A DNA stretch of 64,000 bases. Source: an uncultured delta proteobacterium (GTDB taxonomy: Bacteria; Myxococcota; Myxococcia; Myxococcales; Anaeromyxobacteraceae). This document shows, piece after piece, positions 60,274 through 64,000 of this stretch (position 1 is its first letter; each line of letters opens with the position of its first letter). The notes under the pieces are model-generated. The model saw only the letters and a program-made list of their open reading frames with translations. It did not search any database and was not told the origin of the DNA. Both the position numbers and the translations under genes were made by a program. The stretch is taken from contig CAWJSR010000010.1 of NCBI GenBank assembly GCA_963845515.1, positions 64,001-128,000 on the forward strand, in the 5' to 3' direction.

Positions 60274-60666
60274 CTACACCTCGGTGTAGACCGCGACGGA
60301 GCCGTCGCTCTCCCAGACCTCGACCTTCGAGATGCGGACGCGGCTGCCTTCGCGCGCCACGACCAGCCGGTTCACCTCGACGTAGAAGTGCTGGGCGATG
60401 TTCTCGGCGGTCGTGTTCAGCTGGTCGAACGGCGGGATCTCGTTGATCACCTGGTGATCGAACTTGCCGCCGACCTCGCCGACCAGCTTCTGGAGATCGG
60501 CGAAGTCCAGCACCATCCCGATCTTGTTCAGCTCCGACGCCGTCGCGTGGACGCGGACGCGCCAGTTGTGACCGTGGAGCCGCTCGCACTTCCCGCCGTG
60601 GAAGCGGATCTGGTGGGCGGCGCTGAAGAGGAAGTCGCGGGAGATCTCGAAGACGGGCGCGGCCAT
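60274..60666 (-). CDS. queD: 6-carboxytetrahydropterin synthase
   Basis: FSAAH, KCERLHGHNW, GMVLDF, TTAENIA, VWES. Confidence 0.92.
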   Translation of the reverse strand: MAAPVFEISRDFLFSAAHQIRFHGGKCERLHGHNWRVRVHATASELNKIGMVLDFADLQKLVGEVGGKFDHQVINEIPPFDQLNTTAENIAQHFYVEVNRLVVAREGSRVRISKVEVWESDGSVAVYTEV

Positions 60667-60796
60667 GCGCGGCGCACCATAGCAGCCGCGCTGCCCGCGC
60701 GCACCCCTCCCCCGTTTTCGCGTTGCGCCGCTGACCCTTTCGAACGTAAACCGGCTCTCACGGCGGCCAGCGCCGTCCACGCCCCGGAGAGCCCGC

Positions 60797-61501
60797 ATGC
60801 CCGCCAAGCGCCGCACCGCCGCCACGAAGAAGCGCACGCCCCCCAGGGCACCGGCGAAGCGCCCGGCCGCCGCGCGCCCCGGCAAGAAGAAGCCCTACGG
60901 CGCGAAGCGCGACCGGCACGGGAACCCGACCGACTTCGCCGCCTACCTGGCCCGGCTCGACGACCCGGGGCGCGCGAAGTGGCAGCTCCCGGATCGCGTC
61001 GTCACCGCGCTCCGGCTGAAGAAGGGGGGACGCGCCGCCGAGATCGGCGCCGGCACCGGGCAGTTCACCATCCGGATGGCGAAGAAGGTCGGAGACGACG
61101 GGCGCGTCTACGCCATCGACGTGGAGCCCAGGATGCTCGACGTCCTCGCCGAGCGGGCCGCAGCAGCGAGGGCCTACGGGATCTTCGGCCTGCTCGCGCC
61201 CGATGGCGCCGGCCTGCCGCCCGAGCCGGTGGACGTGGTCCTGATGGCCAACGTCCTCCACCACGTCAGCGACCGGGCCGACTACCTCCGCGCGCTCGGC
61301 GCGCAGCTCGCGCCGGGAGGCCGGATCGCGATCGTCGACTTCCACGACCGCGAGCTGCCGATCGGCCCCCCGCGCGACCACAGGCTCTCGAGGGCCGACG
61401 CCGTCGCCGCGGTGAAGGCGGCCGGCCTCCGCGTGCTGCGTGAGGAGAAGTTCCTCCCGCACCAGTACTTCCTGATCGTGGGTGGCCCGGCGAGGCGCTG
61501 A
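60797..61501 (+). CDS. Class I SAM-dependent methyltransferase
   Basis: WQLPDRVV, EIGAGTG, VYAIDVEP, NVLHH, PGGRIAIVDF. Confidence 0.85.
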   Translation: MPAKRRTAATKKRTPPRAPAKRPAAARPGKKKPYGAKRDRHGNPTDFAAYLARLDDPGRAKWQLPDRVVTALRLKKGGRAAEIGAGTGQFTIRMAKKVGDDGRVYAIDVEPRMLDVLAERAAAARAYGIFGLLAPDGAGLPPEPVDVVLMANVLHHVSDRADYLRALGAQLAPGGRIAIVDFHDRELPIGPPRDHRLSRADAVAAVKAAGLRVLREEKFLPHQYFLIVGGPARR

Positions 61502-61510
61502 CCCGCCGCG

Positions 61511-62215
61511 TCACCCCTGATCGATCAGGAAGACCCTGCGGAGCAGCATCTTCTTACCGCTCATCTGGATGAAGCCCCGCCGCGTGAACTCGGAGATGGC
61601 GCGGGAGACCGTCTCCCGGCTCGTGCCGACCATCGCCGCGATCTCCGACTGGGTGGGCCGGTCCCTGATGACCACGCCGTCCTCCGCCTCGATCCCGTCG
61701 GCGCGCGCCAGCTCTCGCAGCTTGCCGGCGACGCGCCCCCAGACGTCGAGCAGCGCGAGGTTGCCGATGACGCGGTCGGCCTGCCTGAGCCGGCGGGAGA
61801 TCTCCTGCAGGACCTTCAGCGCGGTGGCCGGCTGGGCCTCGACGTGCGCGCGGAACGCCGCGCGGGAGAGCACGAAGAGCGCCGACGGCTCGACCGCCAC
61901 CACGGTGGCGGAGCGCGGCTCGTCGTCGAGCAGGCTCATCTCGCCGAAGAAGTCGCCGGGCGACTTGAACATCGTGAGGATGATCTCGCGCCCCTGCTTG
62001 CCGAAGAGGACCACCTTGACCTTCCCCCGCGCGAGCACGTAGAGCGAGTCGCCCGGGTCGTCCTGCCCCACGATCACGGCGCCATCGGAGAACTCCCGCA
62101 GCTCGCCGAGGCGCTCCAGGTCCGCCGCGGTGGCCTGATCGAGGTGGCTGAAGATGGAGACGTTCCGGAGCAGCTCGCGCATGCGCGCGTGCGTCGTCGC
62201 GGCCGAGTCGTTCAT
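61511..62215 (-). CDS. Crp/Fnr-family transcriptional regulator
   Basis: cNMP-binding FFGEMSLLDDEPRSATV; HTH QSEIAAMVGTSRETVSR. Confidence 0.93.
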   Translation of the reverse strand: MNDSAATTHARMRELLRNVSIFSHLDQATAADLERLGELREFSDGAVIVGQDDPGDSLYVLARGKVKVVLFGKQGREIILTMFKSPGDFFGEMSLLDDEPRSATVVAVEPSALFVLSRAAFRAHVEAQPATALKVLQEISRRLRQADRVIGNLALLDVWGRVAGKLRELARADGIEAEDGVVIRDRPTQSEIAAMVGTSRETVSRAISEFTRRGFIQMSGKKMLLRRVFLIDQG

Positions 62216-62250
62216 GGTTCGCGAACTGTATGGGACCGGATCGAGACCGG

Positions 62251-62868
62251 TCAAGGCCGCCTGAGCAGGCCCCGCACGGCCCCGGCCGGATCGTCACCGA
62301 CGAGCCAGGCCCGGATCGCTGCGACCCCGACCGCCCCGGCCTCCCGGGCCTCGCGCGCGTTGTCCGCGTCGATCCCGCCGAGCGCCACGAGCGGCAGCCC
62401 GGCCGCCGCGGCCTCGCGCAGCGCCGCGATCCCGAGCGGCGCCCCGTACTCGCGCTTGGACGGGGTGTCGTGGATCGGCGAGAAGGTCGCGTAGTCGGCG
62501 CCGGCCGCCCGTGCCGAGTCCACGTCGGCGAGCGAGTGGCACGAGCGCCCGATGAGCGCGCCCGCACCCAGGAGGCGCCTCGCCTCCTCCACCGGAACGC
62601 CTGCCGACGGCAGGTGGACCCCGTCCGCGCCGGCGGCGAGGGCGACGTCGATCCTGTCGTTCACGATGAGCAGCTGCCCCGCCTCGTGGCACGCCCGCCG
62701 GAGCGCGAGGGCGAGCCCGAGGAGCGCCCGGCCGCCGAGGTCCTTCTCGCGGAGCTGGACGGCGGCCGTGCGGGGGCGGAGCCCGCGCAGCGCGGCGAGC
62801 ACGCGGGCCGGGAGGTCCGCGACGAGCCGCCGATCGGTGACGAGGTGGAGCGCGGGGATCGGCGGCAC
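62251..62868 (-). CDS. thiE: Thiamine phosphate synthase
   Basis: VQLREK, NDRIDVA, DGVHL, SCH, TPSK, VALGGI. Confidence 0.88.
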   Translation of the reverse strand: MPPIPALHLVTDRRLVADLPARVLAALRGLRPRTAAVQLREKDLGGRALLGLALALRRACHEAGQLLIVNDRIDVALAAGADGVHLPSAGVPVEEARRLLGAGALIGRSCHSLADVDSARAAGADYATFSPIHDTPSKREYGAPLGIAALREAAAAGLPLVALGGIDADNAREAREAGAVGVAAIRAWLVGDDPAGAVRGLLRRP

Positions 62869-63641
62869 TAATGTCCGATGAGCCCGGTCATCGGGCTGGA
62901 GGCGGCTGCGTGGAGCTTCATGGGGATGCGGCCGGCGAGGAAGGCCTTGCGCCCGGCCGCGACGCCGTCGCGCATCGCCTCGGCCATCAGCACCGGGTCC
63001 TTCGCCTCGGCGATCGCGGTGTTCATCAGGATGGCGACGGCGCCGAGCTCCATGGCGATGGCGGCGTCGCTCGCGGTGCCGACGCCGGCGTCGACGAGGA
63101 CCGGGACCTTCGCCGTCTCCATGATGATCCGCAGGTTGTACGGGTTGCGGATGCCGAGGCCGCTGCCGATGGGGGCGCCCAGCGGCATGATGGCGGCGCA
63201 GCCCGCGTCCTCGAGCCGCTGCGCCGTCACCGGATCGTCGTTGGTGTACGGCATCACGGTGAAGCCCTCCTTCACGAGGACCTTCGCCGCCTGCAGGAGC
63301 CCCTCGACGTCGGGGAAGAGCGTACGCTTGTCGCCGATGACCTCGAGCTTCACGAGGTCGCCCATCCCGAGCTCGCGCCCCAGCCGCGCCGTCCGGATCG
63401 CCTCTTCTGCCGTGAAGCAGGCGGCCGTGTTCGGGAGCAGGATCATCGTCCTGGGGATCCACTCGAGCAGCGACGCCTCCCCCTTGGCGGAGAGGTCGAG
63501 GCGGCGGACGGCGACGGTCACCACCTCGGCGCCGGAGGCCTCCAGGGCGCGCTGCATCGTGGGGAAGTCGGCATACTTCCCGGTGCCGACCAGGAGCCGG
63601 CTGGTGAAGACGTGCTTACCGATGTTCCAGGTGTCGGCCAT
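62868..63641 (-). CDS. thiG: Thiazole synthase
   Basis: [44 protein letters not shown]. Confidence 0.97.
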   Translation of the reverse strand: MADTWNIGKHVFTSRLLVGTGKYADFPTMQRALEASGAEVVTVAVRRLDLSAKGEASLLEWIPRTMILLPNTAACFTAEEAIRTARLGRELGMGDLVKLEVIGDKRTLFPDVEGLLQAAKVLVKEGFTVMPYTNDDPVTAQRLEDAGCAAIMPLGAPIGSGLGIRNPYNLRIIMETAKVPVLVDAGVGTASDAAIAMELGAVAILMNTAIAEAKDPVLMAEAMRDGVAAGRKAFLAGRIPMKLHAAASSPMTGLIGH

Positions 63642-63645
63642 GGCC

Positions 63646-63846
63646 CTACCCTCCTCCGACGAAGGCGACGATCTCGACCGCGTCGCCGGGGCCGATCCGC
63701 TGGCTCTCGTAGCGGTCCTTGGTGACGACGGTCTCGTTCAGCTCGACCGCGACGCGGCCGGCCTTGACCCCGAGATGGGTGAGGAGCCCGGTGACCGTCA
63801 TGCCTTCCGGGAGCTCCCGGAGTTCCCCGTTGATCCTGACCTGCAT
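63646..63846 (-). CDS. thiS: Sulfur carrier protein ThiS
   Basis: INGE, VAVELN, C-terminal FVGGG. Confidence 0.95.
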   Translation of the reverse strand: MQVRINGELRELPEGMTVTGLLTHLGVKAGRVAVELNETVVTKDRYESQRIGPGDAVEIVAFVGGG

Positions 63847-63874
63847 GGCGTGGCGATCTAGCAAGGTGAGCCCC

Positions 63875-64000
63875 GTGGCGTCAAACCGCGATCTGGCCAT
63901 ACGGCCGCTCGGGCTCGGCGAGATCATCGATCGCGCCGTCGCGCTGAGCGTGCGCCACTTCAGGCCGCTCTTCCTCTGGATGCTCCTGATCCAGGCGCCG
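63875..64000 (+). CDS. Partial membrane protein (5' end only)
   Basis: GTG start; IRPLGLGEIIDRAVAL..RHFRPLFL; frame open to the window end. Confidence 0.6.
   Translation, partial: MASNRDLAIRPLGLGEIIDRAVALSVRHFRPLFLWMLLIQAP

Noticed and set aside
88..63861. Many long overlapping Arg/Pro/Gly-rich ORFs, e.g. 88-2082, 22575-24236, 55796-58615
   Set aside because: Shadow ORFs expected at this GC content; they are antisense or off-frame to well-supported genes
63847..63874. TPP riboswitch upstream of thiS-thiG-thiE
   Set aside because: Only 28 nt separate thiS from the divergent gene, and no TPP aptamer motif is visible
1..64000. tRNA, rRNA, CRISPR arrays, prophage or IS elements
   Set aside because: No cloverleaf, rRNA, repeat-spacer array, integrase or transposase signatures found by eye

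Overview
Very GC-rich chromosomal segment whose gene content and order point to an Anaeromyxobacter-like member of Myxococcota (inference). Most of it is housekeeping: purH, glgX-treZ/treY, proC, class II ribonucleotide reductase, truD, ccsA-hemA-hemC-hemD, trxA, mreC-mreD-mrdA-rodA, a PpiD/SurA-like chaperone, maf-yggS, menA-like, hybA/hybB-like, topoisomerase VI A/B, htpX, queD and thiS-thiG-thiE. It carries one mobile element, a group IIC intron at 53232-55134 (minus strand) directly behind a terminator hairpin. Several conserved genes are broken by single-base indels, most likely sequencing errors. The best candidate for a novel system is a minus-strand operon: ArsM-like methyltransferase, an uncalled 33-aa Cys-rich peptide, thioredoxin, thioredoxin reductase and a small Cys-containing membrane protein. 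Other highlights are a CHASE2 adenylate cyclase with a SPOR-like insert coupled to an SH3 protein and an M48 lipoprotein, an uncalled 37-aa very basic protein with its own promoter and terminator, and a PafBC-like promoter motif in front of an exonuclease. All family assignments come from motif recognition by eye; no searches were run.
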